64,000 bases of DNA from Nanobdellota archaeon (GCA_018901755.1 JAHIDZ010000015.1:65079-129078), one strand, 5' to 3'. Shown: positions 8,422-17,684, numbered from the stretch's first letter. Notes: generated by a model from the sequence alone, not told the origin. Program-made: numbers and translations.

Positions 8422-9975
8422 TTATCTATATTCTTCTTCTACCCATTCTTTAGCTTTACCTTTTTTATGGGCGCTAGTTCCAAAGAAACCAAAATCTTCT
8501 TCATGTACAGTGAGTAGACCTTTTAATGGGTCGAGCATATGTTGCCGTATTGTTAATTCTTGACGTTTTATTTCAGGACCAAATTCTTTAAGTCCAAAGA
8601 ATTCCAACGGTAGATCTTTTGGAGGAACATTTTTTTCTAGAAACATTGCAATTAATTTTATAGATAAAACACTATCTTGAATTCCTTCTTCACCAGATCT
8701 TTCAAATATAAGCCATGCGTCTTTAAAGCCCTTTTCTCTTAATTCCCAAAGTCTTTCATAGATATACACTTGTGCATCAGATGCTCTTGGGATTCCGAGA
8801 TGTGCTGGGGCATAAGGAACAGGTGCTCCTAAGTGAACTACTTTTACTCGATTTCCTCCTTTCATAGGAAATTTGTTTATCGTCTCTTTTGGATCAATTT
8901 TACTTCCAAGCATATGTTCGAAATCTATAGCAACACCGACCCAATCAGAACCAATGCATTCTGCCAAATAATAAATGTGTAATGGATTTGAAAATCTCAT
9001 ATTTAATTCATGTCCTGGTGATGCCATTGGAGTTTCCATTACAAAATACATTTTACTTTTTTCAAGTTCTTTTTTAAGATTTTGTTCTTTGTATTCGGGT
9101 AATGATGTATTAAAATGTCCCCAGATGTATTTTCCCGCAACTGCAGAAACCCATAATTCTGGTTTTGCAATAAGGTCTGCATCTGATAAATCTTTTCCAA
9201 CAATATTTTTCCATAGGACATCATAACTATTCATCATATACTTTGCAATGATATAATAGGCAAGTCTTTCTGGTCCATATTCACTTTCCTGCGAATTGAA
9301 AAAATCAAATAATTGTCCATCTGCCTCTTCCTTCGAATCCTTCCGCATTTTATCAGCTTCTTCTTTTGGTGGCTGTTTACCTTCATGGGAATAATAATAA
9401 CTTTCAATTTTTTTCTCGAAATAACGATTTTCACCAACTATATATCTTCTCAGCTGTGCAGGCATGTCTTCTCGGTTGATAAATTTCCAGAACCAATCAA
9501 GCAATTTTGGGTTTTCTTCAAATAATTTTCTTAACGGTCTTCCATTAAAATCAACCAAGTCAACTGGTTTAAGATCGTGCCACAATGTAACAAATGGTTC
9601 AGATTCAGAAGAATGTACAAGCATATATTTTGCGCCAAGTTCTCCACTATGTTTTAAATGCAAATAAAGTCTTTCATGAGATAATTTATATTGATCTCGA
9701 TAAGGAGAATCTAAAAACAGAGTAGTTCTTCCGATTGCTTCACATTCGCCATGAATTCCGAATTCAAATCCTTCTTTAATAACTTTTTTCATTGCATCTT
9801 TCAAGCCAGGCTGTCCAAATTCTGTAATTGTTTCTATATCAACTTGTGTAAATTTGGTACCAAATCTAGAAGAATTATAAATCTTTTGATGTATACCTGC
9901 AACAAATTCTGCGCCAGAGCCTTTCTGAGATGCAATTTTAAAATATCCACTGGATATGCCAACAGTATAAGCCAT
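8422..9975 (-). CDS. hypothetical protein (517 aa), possibly a xylose-isomerase-like TIM-barrel fold
   Basis: Long coding ORF with a GISSGYF N-terminus and HLG/FEH motifs. The fold assignment is a weak guess. Confidence 0.55.
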   Translation of the reverse strand: MAYTVGISSGYFKIASQKGSGAEFVAGIHQKIYNSSRFGTKFTQVDIETITEFGQPGLKDAMKKVIKEGFEFGIHGECEAIGRTTLFLDSPYRDQYKLSHERLYLHLKHSGELGAKYMLVHSSESEPFVTLWHDLKPVDLVDFNGRPLRKLFEENPKLLDWFWKFINREDMPAQLRRYIVGENRYFEKKIESYYYSHEGKQPPKEEADKMRKDSKEEADGQLFDFFNSQESEYGPERLAYYIIAKYMMNSYDVLWKNIVGKDLSDADLIAKPELWVSAVAGKYIWGHFNTSLPEYKEQNLKKELEKSKMYFVMETPMASPGHELNMRFSNPLHIYYLAECIGSDWVGVAIDFEHMLGSKIDPKETINKFPMKGGNRVKVVHLGAPVPYAPAHLGIPRASDAQVYIYERLWELREKGFKDAWLIFERSGEEGIQDSVLSIKLIAMFLEKNVPPKDLPLEFFGLKEFGPEIKRQELTIRQHMLDPLKGLLTVHEEDFGFFGTSAHKKGKAKEWVEEEYR

Positions 9976-11667
9976 TTATCCAACACCCATTTTACCTTTT
10001 AAGAATTTGTTAATCATATTAAATTCTCCACCAATAACATTAAGATAATATTTTGTTATTCTATCAGCATAATCTGTTTCATATTGGCCAGGCTTTGAAA
10101 ACATTATACCTTCCATTTTAGGCATTTTCATAGCAGATGATGATCTGCTTATACCACTAAACATAACACGCAACTCTTTCATAAATTTGTCAAGCGCGTT
10201 TTCTTCTTCACCCTTTTTACCAAATAGGAGAGGAAACTCCTTTTTAACAACATCCATTATATCTTCTTGTCCTAGTTTTAATCCTATTATTTCATCAATA
10301 TATCTTTCAAATTCCATTTCTCGACATTTTAATTCAAGCAATTTTACAAGCATTATGTTTTGCGATATTGCATATGCATATACACTAAATGTGATATCTT
10401 CGATTTCACCGATTGTTAATCTTGAGCCTGATCTGAATACATCTATGATGAAAAATGAATAGTATAATTCTGATGGATTTAGTGCAAATCTTTTAGCTTT
10501 CCAATCTGGTAGGATTTGCTCTTCAACAACTTCATCTGCAACTGTTCTTTTTTCTACTGGTCTTTTACATTTCGGACATAGATCTGTTTTTGAAGCATAA
10601 TATTTTTTACAATCACTGCAATAAAATCTTTCATTTGCCAACCACGGATATTCTTTAGCAAGTCCTTTTTTTGGATCTAGTATTAAATTGTCTCTAACAT
10701 AGGAATCGTAAGGATGTATAATAAAATCACCTTCTTTTATAACATCACTTTTTCTTGCTTCAGTAGGTTTCAGGTCTTTCCAGGCCCATATTGTTATATT
10801 GTTTGTATAAGTAGAAATGCCAGCTAAGTCTGAAAATGATTTGAATACATTGGCTCTACCTAGAGCAGATTCAGAACCAAGTTTTGTCATCTTATATCTA
10901 GAAATGTAAGGTTTTAACCAGATTTTATATTCTTCTATTGATTTTTTTCTAGCTGTTTCTAAACCTTTAAGGGTTTCATATCTTCGTTTTACAACGTTTA
11001 GGAATTCTCCTTTCCAGTTTACAAACATTTTATTTTTTGTAACAAGAATAGTTGACTCTGCTTTACTGACATTAAGTTTTTTAGCAACTGGATTAATTTC
11101 TAAATCAGTATCATTCATTGCTTGAAAGTCTGTAATTATTGTAGGCCATCTTTTTGGCATACTAAATAGAGAAAATCCTTCACCAGTGTGCATATCGACT
11201 TGATCAATAAACATTGATCTAAGACTATGTTCATCTTTTTCTGAGAAAAGTTTCATAATTCGTCCATATTTTCTCAAATCGTGTTCAACAAGTTCATAAT
11301 CTGCAACAGCGCTTGCAGCTGAACCAAGACCTTCTTTTATTTGAGCTTCTAATTGTCTTTTGCTAGAAACTGTTTTTTGATAATATTCTGTAAAAGTTGG
11401 AGATATTTCAATCCATTCGTCTATTTTCGAAACATTGAATTTTTCAGTTCCAAGCATGAATACTAGAGAATAATACATAGCAGATGCGATTCCAACTGGA
11501 CCAGTGAAATTAAGTTTTGTAATTTGATTACAGTTTTCTTCTTCATTAACAACTCTGTTATCTGGTCCGTTGCAAAGATAGATACCCATGGTTGGTTTAT
11601 CTGGTACATTAATAGGAATGCCCCATCCCTTTCCATTTGTGAAATCAAAAATAGGTTTATCTATCAT
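9976..11667 (-). CDS. hypothetical protein (563 aa) with an internal zinc ribbon
   Basis: CSDCKKYYASKTDLCPKCKRP zinc ribbon. The start overlaps the stop of the upstream small ORF (ATGA), and the gene abuts the downstream 517-aa gene. Confidence 0.55.
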   Translation of the reverse strand: MIDKPIFDFTNGKGWGIPINVPDKPTMGIYLCNGPDNRVVNEEENCNQITKLNFTGPVGIASAMYYSLVFMLGTEKFNVSKIDEWIEISPTFTEYYQKTVSSKRQLEAQIKEGLGSAASAVADYELVEHDLRKYGRIMKLFSEKDEHSLRSMFIDQVDMHTGEGFSLFSMPKRWPTIITDFQAMNDTDLEINPVAKKLNVSKAESTILVTKNKMFVNWKGEFLNVVKRRYETLKGLETARKKSIEEYKIWLKPYISRYKMTKLGSESALGRANVFKSFSDLAGISTYTNNITIWAWKDLKPTEARKSDVIKEGDFIIHPYDSYVRDNLILDPKKGLAKEYPWLANERFYCSDCKKYYASKTDLCPKCKRPVEKRTVADEVVEEQILPDWKAKRFALNPSELYYSFFIIDVFRSGSRLTIGEIEDITFSVYAYAISQNIMLVKLLELKCREMEFERYIDEIIGLKLGQEDIMDVVKKEFPLLFGKKGEEENALDKFMKELRVMFSGISRSSSAMKMPKMEGIMFSKPGQYETDYADRITKYYLNVIGGEFNMINKFLKGKMGVG

Positions 11668-11825
11668 CCAAACACCAGCAGAAGTATTCCAATAATCAAA
11701 CTTCCAAATCCAAGATATATTCCAGTACTTAACATGTTAGATCTTTGATAGGCTCCACCTGGAAAGATTATTAGCATGAATAACCCGAATAAGATTAAAA
11801 GTATACCTATTAGCTTAAATAACAT
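11664..11825 (-). CDS. small hydrophobic membrane protein (53 aa), first gene of the operon
   Basis: My own translation is MLFKLIGILLILFGLFMLIIFPGGAYQRSNMLSTGIYLGFGSLIIGILLLVFG, predicted as two TM helices. The TGA stop overlaps the ATG of the 563-aa gene. Confidence 0.4.
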   Translation of the reverse strand: MLFKLIGILLILFGLFMLIIFPGGAYQRSNMLSTGIYLGFGSLIIGILLLVFG

Positions 11826-11896
11826 AAATCTAATTTGTTTTAAGTCAAATAAAAAGGTTTTTATTTGAGGAAATCATATAGAATATAGGTTTTAAC

Positions 11897-12391
11897 ATGG
11901 TATGGGCAAGAACAAAACTAGTAATACAGGATGATTTAATTAATCCGAGAACAAGAATGGTAATAGATTTTAAGGGAAAAAATCCTCAAAAATTTTATCA
12001 CGAAATACCAAAACTTATAGCAACATCATTTCGAGTTCATTCTGATTCGATTCAAGAGAAGAAATTCCTTATGCATAAAGGAGATCCTGAAAAATTTGAA
12101 GCAGATTGGGAAATAATTAAAGATCTTGATAAATTTTCATATTATAGAATATTGGTTTCTATGAAAGGCGCATCAAGTGGGGGCCATGGTTCGGCTGGTA
12201 TTACAATTGAAGGACTTTTACGAACAGAATATCCGCAAGACACATATTGGCAGAAAAGTCTTTTTTATGAAATAATGAGAATGTTTTGGCATAGCTTTTT
12301 CTATACGTCTAAAAGACAAAAATATTTAGATGACGGAAAAAGTTTGATATCATTTTTCTTAGATGACCTGAAAAATTTAACGAGGATATAA
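11897..12391 (+). CDS. hypothetical protein, paralog 1 of a tandem pair
   Basis: Its C-terminal region (EGLLRTEYPQDTYWQKSLFYEIMRMFWHSFFYTSKRQKYLDDGKSLISFF) aligns with the next ORF. Confidence 0.5.
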   Translation: MVWARTKLVIQDDLINPRTRMVIDFKGKNPQKFYHEIPKLIATSFRVHSDSIQEKKFLMHKGDPEKFEADWEIIKDLDKFSYYRILVSMKGASSGGHGSAGITIEGLLRTEYPQDTYWQKSLFYEIMRMFWHSFFYTSKRQKYLDDGKSLISFFLDDLKNLTRI

Positions 12392-12392
12392 C

Positions 12393-12884
12393 ATGGCAGG
12401 ATCGATGTCAATTAAATCTGACATAATGTCACCATCGGCATCAAAAGTAATTGAATATGTCGGGCCTAATCCAACGATAGTTTATAAAATAATGGCAGAT
12501 CTTCTTCGAGATGTATTTAGACTGGGCGCATCTAAAATATATGAAGATGAAGTTAAATGGGATGTGACTTCTGAACCAACTCAATTTTATGGATACTGGA
12601 GAGCAAAAGATAAGAAAGATAGCCTGACAACGATATGGATTCATGTTGAAGTGAAGGGCAGACAGTATAAAGACAAGACTGGTGAAGTTAAGTTAAAAAT
12701 TAAAGGCACAATAACAACAGCATTTAAGTACAAAAATCCGATAATGAAAGCATTATATTATTTTTATAAAATAACTTTTTACAGAAATCAAAGAGCGGTA
12801 TATATAGATGATGCCAATAAACGTCTTGATAATTTCGAAAATATATTTAGATCACATCTTAATATGATGAGGAAATCGGCATGA
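12393..12884 (+). CDS. hypothetical protein, paralog 2 of a tandem pair
   Basis: KGTITTAFKYKNPIMKALYYFYKITFYRNQRAVYIDDANKRLDNFENIF is similar to the previous ORF. The start is 2 nt after the previous stop. Confidence 0.5.
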   Translation: MAGSMSIKSDIMSPSASKVIEYVGPNPTIVYKIMADLLRDVFRLGASKIYEDEVKWDVTSEPTQFYGYWRAKDKKDSLTTIWIHVEVKGRQYKDKTGEVKLKIKGTITTAFKYKNPIMKALYYFYKITFYRNQRAVYIDDANKRLDNFENIFRSHLNMMRKSA

Positions 12885-13204
12885 AATTACTTGATATTTT
12901 TAATGTGTTTAGAAAGAAACAAGAAATAGTTTCAGAATTACCACAACCAAGTCAATTACCAGATGATTTCGAAAGATTCAGAGTTAAAAGATATCCAGAG
13001 GCGCCTCCTGAACCAGAATATCCATCATCTGACGCGGCAAGATTTAATATGCCAGCACCGGAGATAGAAACACCGCAAATAGAACCTGCAGTTAAGGAAG
13101 AGCCACAAGAATTAATTCAAACAGATAAAATAGATCTTATTCTGCAAAAATTAGAAACAATAGATACTAGATTAAGATTGATAGAAGAACGAACTAGAAA
13201 ATAA
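12881..13204 (+). CDS. hypothetical Pro/Glu-rich protein with a C-terminal coiled coil
   Basis: 4-nt overlap with the upstream gene. Low-complexity PEPE-rich middle region. Confidence 0.4.
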   Translation: MKLLDIFNVFRKKQEIVSELPQPSQLPDDFERFRVKRYPEAPPEPEYPSSDAARFNMPAPEIETPQIEPAVKEEPQELIQTDKIDLILQKLETIDTRLRLIEERTRK

Positions 13205-13209
13205 AATTA

Positions 13210-13446
13210 TTATAGAAAGGTTTTTGCAATTTGTGACAATTGATTCTGAATGCTTTCGACTTCTATATTTTTTTTGACAATTGTGCGTTCTACACTTTCG
13301 AGGGTTTCATTAAGTTTTTCCGTACACTCATAGCAAAGTGCTTGCCCCTGAACACTGTCACCACAATTTCTACAATGAGTATTATATTCATTCATTGGTT
13401 CAATTTCTTCCATAAGAACACCAATAACATGTGACACATAACTCAT
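13210..13446 (-). CDS. small zinc-ribbon protein (track ORF 13210..13521, trimmed to the internal Met)
   Basis: CRNCG...CYEC pairs. The longer track ORF would overlap the TFB 3' end by 59 nt, so the internal Met start is more plausible. Confidence 0.35.
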   Translation of the reverse strand: MSYVSHVIGVLMEEIEPMNEYNTHCRNCGDSVQGQALCYECTEKLNETLESVERTIVKKNIEVESIQNQLSQIAKTFL

Positions 13447-13462
13447 TTTAATACACCTAAAA

Positions 13463-14401
13463 TTATGATTCTTCTCTAATTTTTTTCTCAATTTCTTCTT
13501 CGATACCCATTTTTTCAACAAGTTCTTTAAATCTATTTCTAATTGTAACTTCAGTTACTCCGATAGCATCAGCAATTTCTCTTTGGGTCCTTTTTTCACC
13601 AAGTAAAACAGCTGCTATGTACAAAGCTGCTGCTGCAACACCAGTAGGTCCTTTACCTGAAGTGGCTTCATTTTTCTTAGCTTGTACTAGAATTCTAATT
13701 GCTTTAGCTTGGACATTGTCAGTTAAACCAAGCATTGATGCGAATCTAGGAATATAATCTTGTGGCGGTGCAGGAAGTATTCTTATTGCTAATTCTCTTG
13801 AAATGTAACGGTAAGTTCTTCCGATTTCTCTACGTTCAACTCCAGATGCTTCAGATATTTCTTCTAAAGTTCTAGGAGATTCCATTTCTCTACAAACAGC
13901 GTATAATAATGATGCGATTACTGATTCCATTGATCTTCCTCTTACTAAACCGCGATCAACAGCTTCTTCATATTTTTTAGCAACTTCTTCATGAACGCAT
14001 TTTGGAAGGCCTAGGAATGATACTAATCTTTGTAATTCAGATAAAGCAAATGATAGATTACGATCTTTAGATTCAACAAGTCTTTTCTGCCATTTTGCTA
14101 ATCTAATATATTGAGATCTTTTTGCAGCAGTTACTTTGAATAATTCACCACGGCCACGACCTATTTCAGTTGTCATTCCTTTATCATGTTTAGTGTGAGT
14201 TAAAGGAGCTCCTGCTCTTGTTCTTTTTGATCTTTGATCATCATCAAATGCTCTCCATTCTGGAGAAGTATCAACCATAGAATCTGCTAAAACAAGACCA
14301 CATTTTCCGCAAACTGTTTCACCACGTGCGCCATCTTCAAAGAATTGTGTACATCCACAGTCCGGACATTTTTTCTTAACGTTTTTTGCCAATAAATTCA
14401 T
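13463..14401 (-). CDS. tfb: transcription initiation factor IIB (TFB)
   Basis: N-terminal zinc ribbon CPDCG...CGKCG followed by two cyclin-fold repeats. Full-length match to archaeal TFB. Confidence 0.95.
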   Translation of the reverse strand: MNLLAKNVKKKCPDCGCTQFFEDGARGETVCGKCGLVLADSMVDTSPEWRAFDDDQRSKRTRAGAPLTHTKHDKGMTTEIGRGRGELFKVTAAKRSQYIRLAKWQKRLVESKDRNLSFALSELQRLVSFLGLPKCVHEEVAKKYEEAVDRGLVRGRSMESVIASLLYAVCREMESPRTLEEISEASGVERREIGRTYRYISRELAIRILPAPPQDYIPRFASMLGLTDNVQAKAIRILVQAKKNEATSGKGPTGVAAAALYIAAVLLGEKRTQREIADAIGVTEVTIRNRFKELVEKMGIEEEIEKKIREES

Positions 14402-14562
14402 CTCTTTTTAGTAGTAATTTAACTTTTATAACGTAACTAAGAGTTGGTTAAACTAGTATATAAAGGTTTCGGTAGGTATAGCTTTGCTCAAATAGTCGTT
14501 TTTGCACAATAAGTAGACTGCCTGCCCAAAAAGTATATATAACGAGATTCCTTAATAATAGC

Positions 14563-15528
14563 ATGAATATTAAGAAGTTTTGCGATTTTTTCAAGATAAA
14601 GCATTCTATAGAAAATGATCCAAGCTCATTGGATGATATATATCAATTTTTTGAAAGGTTACGAAAAAGCATAGAAAGTGGAGAACCGAATGCACTTATA
14701 ATAGGAGAATATCTTTTCCAGAATATATCATCTGAAAAGGTAAGGCAAAGGAAATCATCTGCCACCGAATTTGAGGATTTTCTTGAATTTTCTCTTGGTG
14801 GTAAGGTAACAGACAAAGATGCAAGAAAAAATATAGAGCTTTCAGATATTTCTAAAATAGACGATGAAATCGCAACTTACATATCAAGCAATAGAAGGGA
14901 AAAGATGGATATTACATTCCAAAGCGGATATGGTGTTTCGCTTAAAACATCTGTTCCAGAAAATAAGGAAATAAATATGGGGTCATTTGCCAGAGAAGCA
15001 TTATTTAAGGGATTTTTAACTCCGAGAGAATATGGCGGGGAAAGAAAGGGTGGTCTTGGATCTAAACCTCAGATAAAATCAACGTTTGAAAAAATACAAA
15101 GTAAAAAAACAATGTGGAAGAAATTCTCAAAAGGATTTGAAACAATGGTTAATAATATTTATGTTGATGACATGGTGTTTGTAATAAAAGGCGGAACATA
15201 TCTTGAACTTTATTTTATTGACAGCAAAATACTACAAAAAATATTGACCGATGCTGTCGAAGGAGGACCATCAAAGTCTATTGGTGTTATCAATCGATAT
15301 GAGGGCAATTCAATGCGAATAGAAAGAGACAAGATAATAAAGCATGGAAAAAAAGTAAAGTTAGACTTTACATCTGAAAATTTCACAAAATTAAGAGGCA
15401 TAATTTCTCATATTAGAATAATAGAGCAGATAACGCTTGAAAATATTGGTAATAAAAAAATCTCAGAAGCCGAAAAAGCACTTTATTCTCAGATTAAATT
15501 AATGTTGAAAGATATGGAATCGTTTTAG
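14563..15528 (+). CDS. hypothetical protein; candidate Type II restriction endonuclease partner of the adjacent C5 methyltransferase
   Basis: Convergent with the Dcm-type MTase and 4 nt from its stop. A possible D...(S/E)xK core lies at MDITF...VSLKT. The functional call is inference only. Confidence 0.35.
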   Translation: MNIKKFCDFFKIKHSIENDPSSLDDIYQFFERLRKSIESGEPNALIIGEYLFQNISSEKVRQRKSSATEFEDFLEFSLGGKVTDKDARKNIELSDISKIDDEIATYISSNRREKMDITFQSGYGVSLKTSVPENKEINMGSFAREALFKGFLTPREYGGERKGGLGSKPQIKSTFEKIQSKKTMWKKFSKGFETMVNNIYVDDMVFVIKGGTYLELYFIDSKILQKILTDAVEGGPSKSIGVINRYEGNSMRIERDKIIKHGKKVKLDFTSENFTKLRGIISHIRIIEQITLENIGNKKISEAEKALYSQIKLMLKDMESF

Positions 15529-15532
15529 ATGG

Positions 15533-16489
15533 TTATTTTATTGGTATCATTTTTGCAATATTATATGCAAGTGGCCACGGAACGGCATTTCCGATTTGTC
15601 TATATTGTGATGAAATGGATCCTTCAAAGATAAAATCATCGGGAAAATTTTGAAGTCTTGCAACTTCTCTTACAGTCATCCTTCTTTTCAGATTTGGATG
15701 CGGTATTATAACAGGCCCTCCTGTTCCGCCACCTCTACCAACTATTGTTGGAGAAGGCTCATTCCATTTTGTTGCACGGTTTCCTATATGTCCGTTTATC
15801 TTAACTTGATGTTCAGTTCCGTGATGGTTTGGTATATCTCCATCAGTTTTTTCAGGAATTCCTTTTAACCCATCTTTTACTGTTTTCCACAGTGGAAGAT
15901 TATCTTTTCCATCTTTGGAATGCGTCGGATTAGGGTGTATTATTTTTGGTTCAATATCATTTCTTGTTCCAAGTATTATGATTCTTCTTCTTGCCTGTGG
16001 AACACCATAATCCGCAGAATTAAGTATTTTAAAATTAACAGTATAGCCAATTGAAATTGCATTTTCAAGTTCCTTTAAAATAATCTTTAATACCTTTCCA
16101 GTTTTTTTAGCCCGATCTTTAGAAGTTTCATAACCTCCGGCTGAACATAATCCGACAACATTTTCAGCAACGAAATATTTCGGTTCCTTATCCCTAATAA
16201 TACGAAGAAGTTCAAGGTATAATTTATTTCTTTTGTCTTCTGTGTGTCTATATGGATTAGCGATTGAAAATCCCTGACATGGAAATCCACCAATAACTAT
16301 ATCGGCATTAGGAATTTCCAATGATGGAATCTTTTCTATATTGGTGCAAATTGGCCTATGTTTGAAGTATTTTTCATATGTTTTACATGAATCTGAATCA
16401 TTATCATTGGACCAGACTATTATGTGTCCAGCTTTAACAAATCCGAGATCCATCCCACCTGCACCACAAAATAATGATATTATTTTCAT
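15533..16489 (-). CDS. dcm: DNA (cytosine-5)-methyltransferase
   Basis: Motif I FCGAGG, motif IV GFPCQGFS, motif VI ENV (FVAENVVGL) and motif X QIGNAVP. Confidence 0.9.
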   Translation of the reverse strand: MKIISLFCGAGGMDLGFVKAGHIIVWSNDNDSDSCKTYEKYFKHRPICTNIEKIPSLEIPNADIVIGGFPCQGFSIANPYRHTEDKRNKLYLELLRIIRDKEPKYFVAENVVGLCSAGGYETSKDRAKKTGKVLKIILKELENAISIGYTVNFKILNSADYGVPQARRRIIILGTRNDIEPKIIHPNPTHSKDGKDNLPLWKTVKDGLKGIPEKTDGDIPNHHGTEHQVKINGHIGNRATKWNEPSPTIVGRGGGTGGPVIIPHPNLKRRMTVREVARLQNFPDDFIFEGSISSQYRQIGNAVPWPLAYNIAKMIPIK

Positions 16490-16557
16490 TTATATACACC
16501 ATGCTTACTTTCGTAAGTTTCTTCAGTATAAAGCTTCCTTTCACTGAACGGAGTTCT

Positions 16558-16722
16558 CTATTTAGTATTCTGAACCTTTAAGATTAAATTCTTACCGTTT
16601 ACTGCCAGAGCAAACTCAGTTTTGTCATCCCAGCCCATTGTCTCAACAACTGCTTTGGGTATTGTGACGGTATAAACTCCCTCTCCCTTCCTGTGAATAA
16701 GCCTCATAATCTTCTTAGCCAT
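16558..16722 (-). CDS. AbrB/MazE/SpoVT-type swapped-hairpin DNA-binding protein (54 aa)
   Basis: My own translation is MAKKIMRLIHRKGEGVYTVTIPKAVVETMGWDDKTEFALAVNGKNLILKVQNTK, which shows the AbrB-fold pattern. It is missing from the track because it is under 60 aa. The segment is GC-richer than its surroundings. Confidence 0.55.
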   Translation of the reverse strand: MAKKIMRLIHRKGEGVYTVTIPKAVVETMGWDDKTEFALAVNGKNLILKVQNTK

Positions 16723-16778
16723 GCTATATAGTTATCTCTATAGGTATTTATATATTACTGAAGCAACAGATATATTTC

Positions 16779-17213
16779 ATGGAGCATCTTGCAATAATGA
16801 AGAAGTCTTGGAAACTTCTGCCGAAGATTCTTTCCGGTGAAAAAAAGATAGAATCACGCTGGTATATGTCAAGATATCCGCCGTGGAACAGCATTAAGAC
16901 AGGCGAGACAGTCTATTTCAAGGATTCTGGCGAACCAGTCACAATAAAGGCAGAAGTCAAAAAAGTAATTCAGATTTCTAATCTTACTCCCGACAAGGTC
17001 AGAGAGATATTCGATAAGTACGGAAAGACTGATGGTATAGGAGTTACTGACATATCGAAATACATTAAAATGTTCAAAGACAAGAATTACTGCATGTTGA
17101 TATTCCTGAAGAACCCGCAGAATATCAAACCATTCAATATTGATAAGACTGGATTTGGATTAATGTCAGCATGGATAACAGTCAGCAGCATTAATCAAAT
17201 AAGAAAAAAATAA
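16779..17213 (+). CDS. ASCH domain protein (PUA-like beta-barrel)
   Basis: SGEKKIESRW matches the ASCH GxKxxExR signature. Size of 144 aa fits. Confidence 0.6.
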   Translation: MEHLAIMKKSWKLLPKILSGEKKIESRWYMSRYPPWNSIKTGETVYFKDSGEPVTIKAEVKKVIQISNLTPDKVREIFDKYGKTDGIGVTDISKYIKMFKDKNYCMLIFLKNPQNIKPFNIDKTGFGLMSAWITVSSINQIRKK

Positions 17214-17218
17214 CATAC

Positions 17219-17587
17219 TTATTTCAGATCATGCTCCCAGATTCTGATGACTTTCCATCCCTTCTTTCTGAGAATACAGTTTACTTTTCTGTCTCTTTTT
17301 ACGTTCCGTGCTATCTTAGGCAGCCAGTATAGTCTATTTGATTTAGGTGCTCTATAGTGCTTTGGGCACTTGTGCCAGAAGCAACCGTCAATAAAGAGGG
17401 CTATATTATATGATTTGCTGGCATAATCCGGTCTGCCGTAAATGCCTTTAGGCTGGTATGAGAAACCAAGCCTTTTCATGAGTTTCTTTATACTGAGTTC
17501 TGGCTTGGTCTTAGATGATTTGATACGGGACATGTTATAGCTACGCTGGGCTCTTGTATGCACATCTGTCATAAAAATATAAGACAC
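17219..17587 (-). CDS. vsr: very-short-patch repair endonuclease (Vsr)
   Basis: YNMSRIKSSKTKPE...FIDGCFWHKCP...RIWEHDL matches Vsr. Vsr is the functional partner of Dcm. Confidence 0.85.
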   Translation of the reverse strand: MSYIFMTDVHTRAQRSYNMSRIKSSKTKPELSIKKLMKRLGFSYQPKGIYGRPDYASKSYNIALFIDGCFWHKCPKHYRAPKSNRLYWLPKIARNVKRDRKVNCILRKKGWKVIRIWEHDLK

Positions 17588-17684
17588 ATTTAAGTAATTA
17601 ATAGGTAACCGAAAAGCTTAAATATATGTAAATCAAACACTGTATTACATAACTTATTCAGTTTGTGAACGAAGGTGAATCAAA

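Noticed and set aside
14402-14562. A structured RNA in the divergent TFB / 14563-ORF spacer
   Set aside because: It is AT-rich with TATA-like GTATATATAA about 25 nt upstream of the plus-strand ATG. This is consistent with back-to-back promoters and not an RNA gene.
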